This document shows positions 49,793-63,010 of a stretch of DNA of 64,000 nucleotides, one piece after another. Location: positions 71,052,001-71,116,000 of the forward strand of contig OZ024741.1 of NCBI GenBank assembly GCA_964016885.1. Reading direction: 5' to 3'. This DNA comes from Eledone cirrhosa (Eukaryota). The notes below the pieces were generated by a model. The model did no database searches, was not told where the DNA came from, and saw nothing but the letters and a program-made list of their open reading frames with translations. A program made the translations under genes and the position numbers. Position 1 is the stretch's first letter. Every line of letters begins with the position of its first letter.

Positions 49793-49976
49793 ATCTTTAA
49801 TAATAATAATTGTTTCTACTATTGGCACAAGGCCAGCAATTACCCAGTACATTACTGGTACTTTGTTTTATCGACCCCGTAAGGATGAAAGGCAAAGTTA
49901 ACCTCGGCGGGATTTGAACTCGCCGAGGTTAACTTTGCCTTTCATCCTTATATATGCCATCTTTAATAATAATAAT
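49793..49976 (-). mobile_element. 5'-truncated SINE with a 30-bp fold-back and an 18-bp TSD
   Basis: TSD ATCTTTAATAATAATAAT at 49793 and 49959; arms at 49880-49909 and 49921-49950. Confidence 0.85.
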
Positions 49977-49982
49977 AATGAT

Positions 49983-50035
49983 AACCCATGCTAGCGTGGA
50001 AGAACGGACGTAAAACGGTGATGATGATAATGATG
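49983..50035 (+). mobile_element. Very short RTE-B tail insertion
   Basis: AACCCATGCTAGCGTGGAAGAACGGACGTAAAACGGTGATGATG is the reverse complement of ~41694-41738. Confidence 0.8.
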
Positions 50036-50762
50036 AATGATGATTTCATTTATTGGCCACAATAATAATAATAGTGATGATGATGACGATTTCTTTTATT
50101 TGCTAGAGAGGCATGAAATGATGGGGACATTACAAACACAGGTTACAATATAAAAGTGGGTGTTTACATAGAAATCTGATAAATGTAAAAATAAAAATAA
50201 ATGGATAAGGTAAAAGTATAAATAATATACAGAGGTAAGACATCCTACAGCAGGATGACCTCTACTTAAGGTTAATCAAGGAATCCACCAGATCCATGAT
50301 CAACCTCACCACCAAGGGTTAGTGCCATCACCCAACTATCATTGGCTGACCTATAGGTGCATACAGAGAATAGGCTCAATCACTCTTACCATCTTCCCAT
50401 ATTTTGACACCTTTTGACAAATTCCCTGGGAGAGAATACCATCCACTCTACTCCCACCTTTCTCTCCAAGTGAAACTTGAAAAAACGTGGCCTTGACTAA
50501 AGTGTCTATCTTCAGTTTTTCCCCACTGCCAGACACACACACAACCTTTATTTCATGTGTGTGTATATATATATGAGAAAAAATAGAAGTATCCACTTTT
50601 TAGTATCATGTTTTTGTAAAGTGGATATGTGTAATAAAAAAGGAAGAAACAACTTATCAGTTAGTTGTGCTGAATGTAGCCAGTGGAGTTGCATAACATA
50701 AATATCTTGATGATATGAGATGTGTCACCGAGTATGGTATATAGGTTCCAAAGAGTATTCCA

Positions 50763-50970
50763 TGGAGTAATATAATATTTGTTTCTACTTTTGGCACAAG
50801 GCCAGCAATTACCCAGTACATTACTGGTACTTTATTTTAAGGATGAAAGGCAAAGTTAACCTTGACGGGATTTGAACTCAGACCGTAAAGGGACGTAACT
50901 ATGCTGGAAAGCATGGCGTCCAACTCTCTACCGATACTGCCAATCCACCACCCTGGAGTAATATAATATT
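50763..50970 (-). mobile_element. SINE with a 17-bp TSD
   Basis: TGGAGTAATATAATATT at 50763 and 50954. Confidence 0.85.
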
Positions 50971-51701
50971 AACAGAATAACAGGAAAAACTAACATTCAT
51001 TGAAGTTCAAAAAAACATTTATTATACATTAGAGTCTCTAACACATTTCAATATAGTTATGTCATTGCCTAAGATAGCTGAATTATTAAATAATTCATGA
51101 GTTATCATGGTCGATTTTAAGATATGCCATGCCATATCAGGGGAAAGGCAAGGTTGCAAACTTTGCTCCTCAGAAGTTTTGTTGATTATGACTGGGAAAG
51201 ATCTGTTAAACTCAGACAGGATATTTAATTGCCAACAGAGAACTCTGAGAATGTTTTCAAAATACCATCCATACCAATACATTTTCCTAAATACTACTGC
51301 TTCTTATGTAAAGAACCTTACATATCTACCAATGATTAACCCGTATAACAATCTCACTTTCATACTCACCCAACCACAACTAACTTACAGATTACTTGTA
51401 CTACATTAACTTTTAGATAACGGACACAATGACATATTACCTTAAATAGGTGTTCTCAACACAAACAATTAGATTCTACAGCACATACACCACCAACTAT
51501 CACAACTATATTAGATTCAATCTCTGCATCTATTTGATAATTCCAGTATCCCTACACATCCACATTAGCTCACTTTTATTACAGCTTTACACATCTATTT
51601 TATCACAGCTCTTTATTTCAATCTGTACACATGCTACCTCTTTCCACATCTCGGTGCCATCAACCAGCCCAAATTATAGATAGCAACTGCAATATCTCCC
51701 T

Positions 51702-51923
51702 ATTATCTTTCCTCATCCTCAAGGGCAGTGGATTGGCAGTATCGGTAGAGAGTTGGACGCCATGCTTTCCAGCATAGTTACGTCCCTTTACAGTCTGGGT
51801 TCAATTCCCTCCGAGGTTTATTTTGCTTTTCATCCTTACGGGGTCGATAAAATAAAGTACCAGTAATGTACTGGGTATTGCTGGCCTTGTGCCAAAGTAG
51901 AAACAATTATCTTTCCTCATCCT
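51702..51923 (+). mobile_element. SINE with an 18-bp TSD
   Basis: ATTATCTTTCCTCATCCT at 51702 and 51906. Confidence 0.85.
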
Positions 51924-52626
51924 TTGTTCTTTTTCCATAAATTTTATAAATTGCACTAACTTTCACCCCTTCCTAAATACATTCTCTCTCCTACCTATTC
52001 TAACAGGCCCACACCCCTTATAAACTACACCTCACAAGGGCAGTTATTGACCAATCACTATACTTCTGTACTTGTTACCAATCCCATTTCTTCTAATGAA
52101 CCACTAACACAATCTATTGGCTATTTTCAAATTTGATTACCACCACTTCAACTTGAACACTGATGTATTGCATGCATGTATGTATATTTGTCTAAATTTG
52201 CTTGTAAATGATGTAGTATATTTTACCATCGATAATGAATGTATATATGTGTATGTAAATAAAATTACTATATGAGCATGTCCTTTTACTTACTTGACTT
52301 CAGTTTCTCCTGAATCCCTCTGATGATATGCAAAATTTACACAGCGCAAGATAGCAGATTACATACTAATTCAGTTTTTGTAGGCCACTACATAACTGCA
52401 TTGAAACATGTGTTAAAGACTATTGTATAATAAATGCTTCTTTGAACTTCAATAAATGTTGCCTAGTTTTTCCTACAACCAACTACCAACTGGCTAGTAT
52501 TAGTGGTGTCTGGGAAGCAAGCCAAAGAATTATCCCTGATTTAGAATAGTGGACAACTCACTGATGAGACTTAACAATAGTTATTAATAACAGTTGCTAA
52601 CTGTAATTAATATGGTTATTAACTGT

Positions 52627-52942
52627 GGAGGCATGTGTCTTCGTGGTTAGGGTATTCGACTTACAATCGTAAAGTTGTGAGTTCGATTCCTGGAAGCGCT
52701 TTGTGTCCTTCAGCAAGATACTTTATTTCACGTTGCTCCAGTCCACTCAGCTGGAAAAAATGAGTTGTACCTGTAGTTCAAATGGCCAGCCTTGTCATAT
52801 TCTGTGTCATGCTGAATCTCCCTGAGAACTACATACCTTAAGTGTCTGTGGAATGCTCAGCCACTTGCACATTAATTTCATGAGCAGGTTGTTCCATTGA
52901 TTGGATCAACTGGAACACTCGTTGTAACCGACGGAGTGCCTT
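52627..52942 (+). mobile_element. tRNA-derived SINE (second family)
   Basis: GGAGGCATGTG...GTGGTTAG, GAGTTCGATTCC, TGTGTCCTT..GCAAGATACTTT core; 3' part resembles ~9085-9250. Confidence 0.75.
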
Positions 52943-54638
52943 CTTTTTTAACTGTAAAATGTGTACTTGTTTTACAACTGCCCTGAACAGTGTCAAAACC
53001 ACGTTGTCTGGATAAATTTTGTTTATTACCCTGTAATGTTTTTTCATATATTGCCATCTCCCTACTATATGGAAATGAGTTGGCTTTGATTCAGAATACT
53101 ATTCCTGATACCATCAAGCAGGTAGTGAAAGAATGAAAAGCAAAGTCAATCTCAGCTAGATTTGAACTCGGAATGTAAAGAGCCCATAACAAATACCAGA
53201 AGCCATTTTGTCTGAAGCTGTAACAACTCCAACAATTCACCTGTTACTACTATTACTACAACTTTATTGTAGAAATGGAATAACATATCTTAGACCTCAT
53301 TCACTTGGTCTCTCTCTAGCTGATACTAATTACTGGTCAGAAAGAGGAATCTGAAATAAAGTGTCATGCTGAAGGACACAACGTATCACCCGGTCCAAGA
53401 ATTGAACTCTCAACCTCATGATTGTGAATCCAACTATCTAACCACTAAGTCACACACCTTCACATGCAAGACCATATTGTCATTATGGTCGTTGCTATAG
53501 GTGTTCTTTCATTCTTAATAATTTGAGGAAATCTGGTTGCTATCTCTGACAAGTCACAACTATGGAGAGACCAACCACTATCTCCATGGACCAATGTATG
53601 GGGGCAGAGTATTGAGTGGCACTGTCCACCTCTGCTCCTACCCTACTGTGGTATACCCACAGGCATATCAAAGAAAATAGAGTTTATAAAAAAACATCCT
53701 GAAATCCTTTCTTACTTTCGAAATAGTTACTACCCAGAATGTTCTAAAGCCCCACCGCCTTCCAAAGTATTAAAGTCTGCTGACAGGCTTGTATCACCAC
53801 CACCACCTCATTGTCTTGTCTTATACATCCTGTGTTGTTCAGGTGTTCAGAGCATTGTTTTTATTTTCACTAGTATTTCTAGCCCTGATTCTTTTGAACA
53901 ATTTGTCCTTCTTTGGTAACCTGACCTGGGGGTGGTTGGGATAAGTCTACCATTAAAACTGCTCTCTTTTGTTAGGGCTAAATTAACTATTGAGAAAAAT
54001 AAACACATAGATAAGGCATCAAGGGAAGACGGGTACCATTTTATTCAAATTAAATGTATTTGCCATTCCAAAAACATTTCTTTGACTACTTTATGGGGTG
54101 GGGCACCATAATATTTTGAGTGTTTAGGACCTCCAAAAGCATATTTCAAAATTTAATATATTTGTCGCTTTTTGTTTCTTTTTTTTTTGGGGGGGGGGGG
54201 GCTTTATATATGAGGGGCAATGTAATCTTTTAAGTCCTTAGGAAATCAGAAAGATTTAATCTGGCTTTAGGTGAACATGTCCATCATTAGAACTGTCCTT
54301 CCATACATATACATATCTCTAGACAAGGGGTCAGCAAATATTTTTAGAAGCAAGCCAGACAGGAAATGTTTTTTTTATTTTTTGTCTTGCAAGCCAAGTC
54401 AAACAAAAAATGAAAGTATTAAAGGCTTGTATGCTCAAGGATAAAATAGATGTTTTTCTATAAAATGGATGATTTTGGGCTCCATTCATTTAACACTTTC
54501 ATGGCCATATTTCTAATGAAATACACAGTATTTCAATCAATTAATGAAAATTTTGGAAGGATATATTAAAATTATTAATTATTTCATAACTATGATAATA
54601 TTTGTAACACAGCAAAGGGTTTTTTTTTATATATGGAA

Positions 54639-54691
<53 letters not shown>

Positions 54692-55240
54692 GTTAACATA
54701 TACATAAAGTTATAGATATATACATGTTGCAACTGGTCACTTTTAAGCTCTATGAAGAATTAATAAATTAAAAAATCAGAGCAATATATCATAAATCATG
54801 TCTTTAGAATCATCAGATAAAATATATACTATTTCTTCTTCTAATTAGCATAATTAACCATATAAAAAATCAATTAGAACAAGCTATAAGAATAAATGCT
54901 CTTATGGAGAAATCTCCGACAAATAACCGAACGTAGCCTCTTCGCGGCGGCCTCAATCGAGTATTTATCCAACATTTCGACAGCATGTAGAAACTGACTA
55001 AATATACCATCAACCATACACAATTAGGTGTAAAATTAAACTTAGAAGAAATGCGCACATACCGTAATTATATCTCTACAATTTATCATATATATATATA
55101 TATATATAGTAATAAGAATATTTATATTTATATATGTTTGATATAACTATAAATATGTAGGGTAGTACTAAGTACTAGCCGGTTACCGGTATGACAAATT
55201 TGATTGTTTTAACACTTATATATATATATATATATATATA

Positions 55241-58200
55241 TCATCATCATCATCATCATCATCGTTTAACGTCCGTGTTCCACGCTTGCATGGGTTTGGA
55301 CGGGAGTTTTCCCACTTGAGGCAAGAGTGGTTGTCTTGCTCGCATAGGACTGCCTGGCGGGTTTTCTACAGCTGGATGCCCTTCCTAACACCAACCACAT
55401 TTACAGTGTGGGACTGGGAGGTTTTTACCGTGTTGCCTACATGGCCACATTACAGCGTGGACTGTGTGTTTTTTTGCCGTGACACCTACACGATCTCATT
55501 TGTTTCGGCCTGGATGTTGTGGCACCAACATAACTTTACATTGAAAGGGGCGGTGTGGATGGGGTTGGGGTGGTGGGATGGGGGTGTATTTTGTTAGAGA
55601 TGCCTACTGACTGTAGAAGGTTTTACTTTGTATTTAGGTAAGGCGGGTTTTCTCTATTACTGAGTACCGCCAAAGGTCTCGGTCCAGTGACATTGTCTTG
55701 GAGAGGTGTAAGTGTGTGAGGTCTAAATTTATCAGCTCGTCCCAGGTTTTTCTGGGTCTGCCTACTCCGTAGCTACCGTCTATCTTTATTGCCCTGCACT
55801 TTGTTATACAGCTGTCGTCTTTCATGCGCATCACGTGACCATACCAACGTAGCCTTCTCTCGAGTAAACAACATCTGATCCCTCTTATTTCTAATTTTTT
55901 CCTTAGTTCGTTTATGCTTTGCCGTTCACGTATATTACTATTACACATCCAGCGGAGCATGCAAGCTTCGTTCCTCTCTAGTCTGCGTATATCCTCTGCA
56001 CACAATGTCCAGGTCTCACTGCCATGCAACATTGCTGTTCGTATGCAGGCATCATACAGCCTGCCTTTCATTTTTAGGGAGAACCCTTTAGCGGCTAATA
56101 GTGGTATAAGCTCTCTGAACTTTTTTCATCCAGTTCTGACTCTAGCTACTGTACTTTCAGAGCACCCTCCCCCCACTGCTGATTTTGTCACCCAGGTAAC
56201 GGAAGCTGTCCACTATTTCTATAGAACCCTCTGCGCAATTAAAAGAGCTAGTATTTTGTGGGCACTTGCTGCTACTTATTGCACCAGAGTACCGGCCACA
56301 TGTAAAATCTATGTTCTTAGTTAGCTTACCTGTGATCCCACTACATCTTTTATGCACCCATACTTTGCATTTGGGACATAAAATGGAGTTTCTACCTACG
56401 CCTTTCCTACACACTGAGCATGGCCATTTCCCGGAAGGGACCGGCGCCTTATTTTCTTTCCTAGAAACTAGAACTTTAGTCTTAGCCAGGTTAATTTTAA
56501 GGCCTTTTGATTCTAGGCCGTGCTTCCATGTTTGGAATTTCTTCTCTAGCTCGGCCATTGATTCAGCTATGAGCGTTAGATCATCTGCGTATAGGAGTTC
56601 CCATGGGCAGCCGGTCTTGAACTCCACTGTTATAGCCTGAAGGGCAATAATAAATAGTAGGGGGCTAAGAACAGAGCTCTGATGAACACCAACTTTTACG
56701 CTAAACTCTTCACTATATTCGTTGTTAATTCTAACCTTGCTCAGTTTCTTTATACATGGCTTGTATAGCTCTCACAAGCCATTCATCAACACCTAGTTTT
56801 CTAAGAGCCCACCAGATAATGGAACGGGGGACTCTGTCGAAGGCTTTCTCCAAGTCGACAAAAGCTAAGTCTAGGGTTTTACTTTTAGCTAGGTACTTCT
56901 CCTGTAGTTGTCGTACAATGAAGAGAGCGTCTGTGGTACTTTTTCCTGACACAAACCCGAACTGCATTTCATCTAGATCAATTCGCTCTCTGATTAGTTG
57001 CGCTATTACTTTTTCCGTGACCTTCATGACCTGGTCGATTAATTTAATGCCTCTATAGTTACTCCTATCTAGGGCGTCTCCTTTACCCTTGTAGCAGTTA
57101 ATGATGATGCTGCTACGCCAGTCCTTCGGAACAACCCCATTCTGTATGACTTGGTTGACTATCCGGGTGACCATGGTGTGTCCCACTGTTCCAGAGGCTT
57201 TCAGCATCTCAGCAACTATTTCCGAAGGCCCAGCTGCCTTACACGTCTTCATATCTTTGATTGCCTTACCTATTATACTACCTTCGACTAACACTGCTGG
57301 TCCCTCTATTGGGTCGATGTGGGGGAGACTGTCTTTCTCCCATTTATTCTCCTCATTTAGTAGCCTTTCGTAGTAACACTTCCAAGCTACCTTCTTATCA
57401 GCGTCAGTGATGGCAAGTACGCCATCATCATTAAGTACACACTTCTCCCCGACAATATCATGGTTTTCCTTGACACATTGCCTAGCAATCCTGAACACCT
57501 CACGTTTTTGGTCCTCGCGTTGTAGAACATGCTTGAACTTTCTTTCCTCTGCTTCCCTTCTTGCTAAGTACGCTTGTCTCCTACTTCCCTCCTGGCCACT
57601 TCATAGCCTTCTCTACTTCCCTCATCCCGCCATACTTTCCAAGCCTGCTTTTTGGCCTTAATTGACTCCTCCACATTACTGTTCCACCACCATGTTACTC
57701 TCCTCCTGCCTACAGGCCTGCTCCAGCCACAGACTTCGTCCGCCGCCATCAGCAGGTTTGCTTTCAGGAATTCCCACTGTTCCTCTATATTGTACAACTC
57801 TAATTGCTCTTCCTTACTGTCGAAAGCATCAAGTAATATGCTTTTAAATTTATTTCTGGCTGTGGGGTCCTTTAGCTTCCATATTTTTCTCCTGAGGATA
57901 GTCCTCTTCTACTGTCTAGTACGTCTCGTCCTGACTATGAGGTCGCTAATTATCAGTCTATGTTGGGAGGTGCATTCTTCATGGGGGAGGGATTTAGTGT
58001 TTACAACAGACACTCTGTCACGTCTTCTGGTAAGGATATAATCTACCTGGCTGGTATATTCCCCTGATCTGTAGGTGATCAAGTGATTGTCTCGTTTTTT
58101 GAAGTTAGTGTTACAGATAGTTAGGTTATTTGCATCACAGAATTCCAGGATTCTGGAGCCTTCCTCGTTTCTAGTACCAAACCCATAGCCTCCGTGGATT

Positions 58201-58602
58201 CCGTCATAGCCGTCACAATGTTGTCCAACGTGGCCATTTAGGTCGCCAGCAATAATTATATAGTCACTGTCGGTTATTTGGGTGGTAGTGAGCATCAGTG
58301 TCTCATAGAATCTGTCTTTTATAGCGCCAGGCAGTCCGGATTGGGGCGCGTATGCAGATATTACTGTCACAGTAGTTCTATTTTGAACAAGTCTTATTTC
58401 AATTATTCTGTCATTCACTCTATTTACATCTATTATCTTATCCACCCATTTTTCTGCTAACATGATTCTCACCCCACCTATCCCATTGTCATTTCCCACC
58501 CAGAAAAGCTTATAGCAACGTTTTTTACCCACAATGAATCTAGCAGACCCACCCCTCCACCTGGTCACTTGGATACAGCAAACATCAACCTCCTTACGTT
58601 CA
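55241..58602 (-). mobile_element. RTE-clade LINE A, longest copy, several frameshifts and stops
   Basis: Consecutive ORF fragments from EVDVCCIQ through APE, RT and the C-terminus; (GAT)n tail at 55241 next to a TA run. Confidence 0.95.
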
Positions 58603-59036
58603 TAGAAGATTATTTAGAACAGTGAGACAGAATTATAGGATAGCAAAGAGGAGATTATTTAGAACAGTGAAAAATGGCATTTACATTATACTTCGCAGGG
58701 AACAACGAGGTCTGACCATTTATAAGCGTTGACAAATTCTGAGATTCGTACCTGGTAACAGGTTAATTTATATTTGGTGAGAGAAGGGAGTGATTGAAAG
58801 GGTGAACTAGCCGGCGCGTAATACGATATAGTGGGGTCGGGGGTAAAGAATATGAGGGACATGAGGCCATTTTATAAATCCTATAATTTTTCGGACAAAA
58901 TTAAACAAACAAGATTGTTATTTTAGAAAAACAAATGGGGTAGTTAGTGAGAGGGTTTAAATGAAATCTTCGAATTTTGGGCATAATTGGAGAAGCATAT
59001 AACAGTAATAATAAGCGAATAATGGGGTTTTAAAAT

Positions 59037-59080
<44 letters not shown>

Positions 59081-59879
59081 ATATATATATATACATACAG
59101 AGAGAGAGAGAGAGATTCTTAAAATTATTTATTTTGTTTCATAGAAACAGGAGCTGTTTTGGCTGATTTGATATCAAAAGGGTTTAAATCTTGTACCCTA
59201 CAAAGCAGACATATAATCAAAGGAATTTGGGCCATGATTATTTAGTTTTTGTTTTGGGGAGGGAGAATAAATAGGCTATCTCAAATAACATTAGTAAAGG
59301 TGTTCTTTGTAATTTGAAAAGATTTGGCTGCTGTTTCTACCAGTTTCAGCGACTATGTATAGGCTCCGTTGTTGCCAATATATATCGAAATGTTGTATAC
59401 CTTGTATATCAGTAGCATTATGGTATTCACAAACATCCCTCTACCAAGAACACAATAATGTGTGGTTAGGGGAAAATTTGGTTGTTATTTCTAACAGCTT
59501 GGGGAACAATGTAGAGGCTCCCTTATCTGTTAGTGCCATTATGGTACTCACAGACACACCTCTACCCAGAACACAATACAACTTTTCTAACTACCCATGA
59601 AGGCTTACTTGACACATTTTGCAGTCAAGTGGCTGTTGTTGTTGTTACTATTACTACTAATATAACCATTTCTTCTTCAGTGTGTGGGTGGAAAAAACTA
59701 AGAACCATGTTAACCAGACCCAATTGTTATTACTCTCTCTCTTTCTCTCTATTTATCTCTCAATCGCTCCTACTTTCTTGCTCCCAGTCTATCTATTTCT
59801 CCACCCACCTTTTCTATATACTCACAGACAAATATTTCTTTTGCTCCTCTCTTCACACTTCCTGTGTCTAGACATAAGT

Positions 59880-59996
59880 TATCCACACACAGACATACAC
59901 ACACACACATATATATATATACACACACACACGCACGCACACATATATACACACACACATACATATATATACACATATATATGCACACACACACAC

Positions 59997-60040
<44 letters not shown>

Positions 60041-60154
60041 GTGTGTGTGTGTGCATATATATGTGTATATATATGTATGTGTGTGTGTATATATGTGTGC
60101 GTGCGTGTGTGTGTGTATATATATATATGTGTGTGTGTGTATGTCTGTGTGTGG

Positions 60155-60157
<3 letters not shown>
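59880..60157. repeat. 278-bp palindrome of compound microsatellite centred on (TA)n
   Basis: TATCCACACACAGAC...GTCTGTGTGTGGATA mirrored, including the interruptions. Confidence 0.9.
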
Positions 60158-60193
<36 letters not shown>

Positions 60194-60344
60194 TACATAT
60201 AGATAATATATATGTGCACACACAAATACATAAATACATACATACAGGCATACACTATTACCAGTTAGTGATTGTGAGAAAAACACAACCACTTACTTTT
60301 GTTCATTGTTCTGTTTCAAGCCTTACCCTACCTATGAAAACAGA

Positions 60345-60660
60345 CCATCACCAACACCGCCAACACCACCACCACCACAGTCATCATCACCAACACCACT
60401 ACCACCATCATCACCAACACCACTACCACCATCATCACCAACACCACTACCACCATCATCACCAACACCACTACCACCATCATCACCAACACCACTACCA
60501 CCATCACCAACACCACTACCACCATCACCACTACCACCAACACCACTACCACCATCATCACCAACACCACTACCACCAACACCACTACCACCAACACCAC
60601 TACCGCCATCATCACCAACACCACTACCACCAACATCACTACCACCATCATCAATATCAC
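60345..60660. repeat. (CAC/CAT/CAA/TAC)n repeat with a 24-bp higher-order unit
   Basis: CACCAACACCACTACCACCATCAT repeated. Confidence 0.9.
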
Positions 60661-60844
60661 TTAGTTAATTAGTTAAATCTTCATCTACTCCTGCAACCCC
60701 TCTCCCTCTCACTCTACTTGTTTACTATAGATTTATTGATGACACTGTTTTTATTGATATTGCTATTCTTTGCCTTTGCTTTTTATTTAGTTTAGATGTA
60801 ATTTTTGGGGGTGGGTGGGGGGGGGGGGGGTATTTTATGGATTG

Positions 60845-63010
60845 GTGGAGTTCAAATCCCACCCTCACACCTTCCGGCTGGGGTCAACTGCCTGTCATTC
60901 CTCTGAAGTGGGTGCAGGAAGAATCAATAAAGTAAAATACCAATAAAATGCTAGGATAGATTTAATCAACTTTCTCCACCCCTAAAATTGCTGAACTTGT
61001 GCCTCCCGCCAAAATTAGTTTTGCCTTTCATCCTTATGGTCAATAAATAAAGCACCAGTGATGCACTGGGGTCGATTTAATCGAATTGCCCACCCCTTCA
61101 AATTGCTAGCCTTGTGTCTACAGTATCGATAGAGCGTCAGACACCATGTTTTGCAACATAGAGTTATGACCCTTTACGTTCTGAGTTCAAAACCCACCGA
61201 GGTTAACTTTGCCTTTCATCCTTACGGGGTCGATAAAATAAGGTACCAGTAATGCACTGGGTATTTGCTGGCCTTGTGCCAAAAGTAGAAACAATTATTA
61301 TTATTATTATCATGGCTCTTTACATTCTGAAATCAAGTCTTGCCAAGGTCATCTTTGCCTTTCATCTTACCGAGATTGGTGAAATAAAGTACCAGTTAAG
61401 TATTGGGGTCAAATAATCAACTTTCCATGTACCCTAAATTGCTGGCTTTGTGTTAATGTTAAAATTATTATTTTGGCAGTGGAATAGCAGAATCAATAGA
61501 TAAAATGCCTTGTTGTATTTAGTTAAAGTTCTTTACGTTCCAAGTTCAAATCCCACTGAGGTCAACTTTCCCTTTCATCCTTCTGGGAGTCAATAAAATA
61601 AAGTACCTTCCATATTAAGTTTTTTAATTATTTTCAAAAATAATTGAAAATCAGTGTCTTTCATTAAAATATGGTAACGAAAGGATCATATAATCTAAAG
61701 ACCTTCTATGTCAGAACCTTTGTTACATTATGTTCCAAACACCAGCTTAATAATGAGAAAGTTAATTATATTAGTAAATCTCGTCAAAATTATTTGAAAA
61801 TAACACAGTCTTTCATTAGAAATATGGTAACAAAAGGGTGAAAGTGTTTATATTTATCTAAAAACCTTCCATCGTAATTTTACGTAAAAACCTTTGTTAT
61901 GTTCAAAACAATAGCTGAATAATGAGAAAAGTAGTTATTCAAACATTTTATTATTTTCAAAATTCACAGACTGTGTCTTTCATTAGAACTATGGTAACGA
62001 AGGGGTTAAAGAATATGGCACTATATAGAAATATGAACAACAACCATAAAATGGCTAACAAAGGACAACAAATATGCCACAGCTATATAATGTTACATAG
62101 AAATTTTTAGTTGTATAAAATTAAAGTATTTTTTGTTTATTTTTAAGTTCTAGAAATAATACAATATTCATTGAGTTTTCATTTTATTTATTTATTTATT
62201 TATTTTTTTTTTTTTTTTACAAATTTTATCTGACCCCCAACCTCTTTTTTCTCATTAACTTTTTTTTTTTTTCCCAATTTCATGGCTGGATTTAAACATT
62301 ACATTTCACATCATAAATGAGTCAAGTCGTAGACATGTTATACTTAACAAAAATTAACTTGTATGCCCAAGGGAGAATGGTAATAAAAATAATGGTTTCT
62401 AATTTAGACAAAAGGCTAGAAACTTTGGAGGTGAGGAAATTCAATTATCAAGCCCAGTACTTGACTGGTACTTTATTTTAGCAACCACAGAACGATAAAA
62501 AGCAAAACTGACAGGATTTAAATTGAGAATGTTAAGAGCTGTAACTAAATACTGCAAAGCATTTTATCTGATGTTCTAACAACCTGGCCAATTAACAATA
62601 GTTAAATCTTTTGCCTTTTAATATTATAAATAATGATTTCTACTTTAGGCACAAGGCCAGCAATTTTTTTTTGGGGGGGGAGTAGAAAGTTGATTAAATC
62701 GACCCTAATGCAATACTGGTGCCTTAATTTATTGACCCCGTAAGGATGAAAGGCAAAGCTAACCTCAGCGGGATTTGGACTCAGAACATAAAGGGCCGTA
62801 ACTCTATGCTGAAAATAATGGATAATGGTTTCTAAATTTAGGCACAAGGCATGCAACTTTCGAGGGTAGGAGAAAGTTGACTATAACAACCTTAGTACTC
62901 AAAAGATGAAAGGCAAAGTTCACCTCGGAAGGAATTGGACTCAGAACAGAAAAAAGCCAGAACAAAACTGCAAAGCATTTTATTGAATGCCTTATCAATT
63001 CTGCCATTCC
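60845..63010. mobile_element. Cluster of intact and decayed Meta-like SINEs (best copies 61120-61310 on + and 62635-62810 on -) with MITE-like fragments
   Basis: Recurrent GCCTTTCATCC...AATAAAGTACC motif on both strands. Confidence 0.7.

Larger units (their letters stand above)
50590..52460 (+). pseudogene. Decayed Naiad-like PLE 3' part, interrupted by two SINEs
   Basis: Frameshifted WSILRYAMPY...CKLCSSEVLLI...LLN..C resembles the WNIISKATPF...CGLCIEEIFFI...LN terminus; hammerhead-like core at 52320. Confidence 0.55.

Noticed and set aside
52561-52590. CTGATGAGACT...AGTT hammerhead-like start (also CTGATGA at ~8792 and ~56678)
   Set aside because: No correctly placed GAAA or stem III; the last is antisense RT coding sequence.
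37793-58460. Numerous antisense ORFs over the RTE copies
   Set aside because: Shadows of the LINE coding strand.
60043-60672. His-rich and Pro-rich ORFs
   Set aside because: (CAC)n-type repeat open in several frames; no splice or start support.
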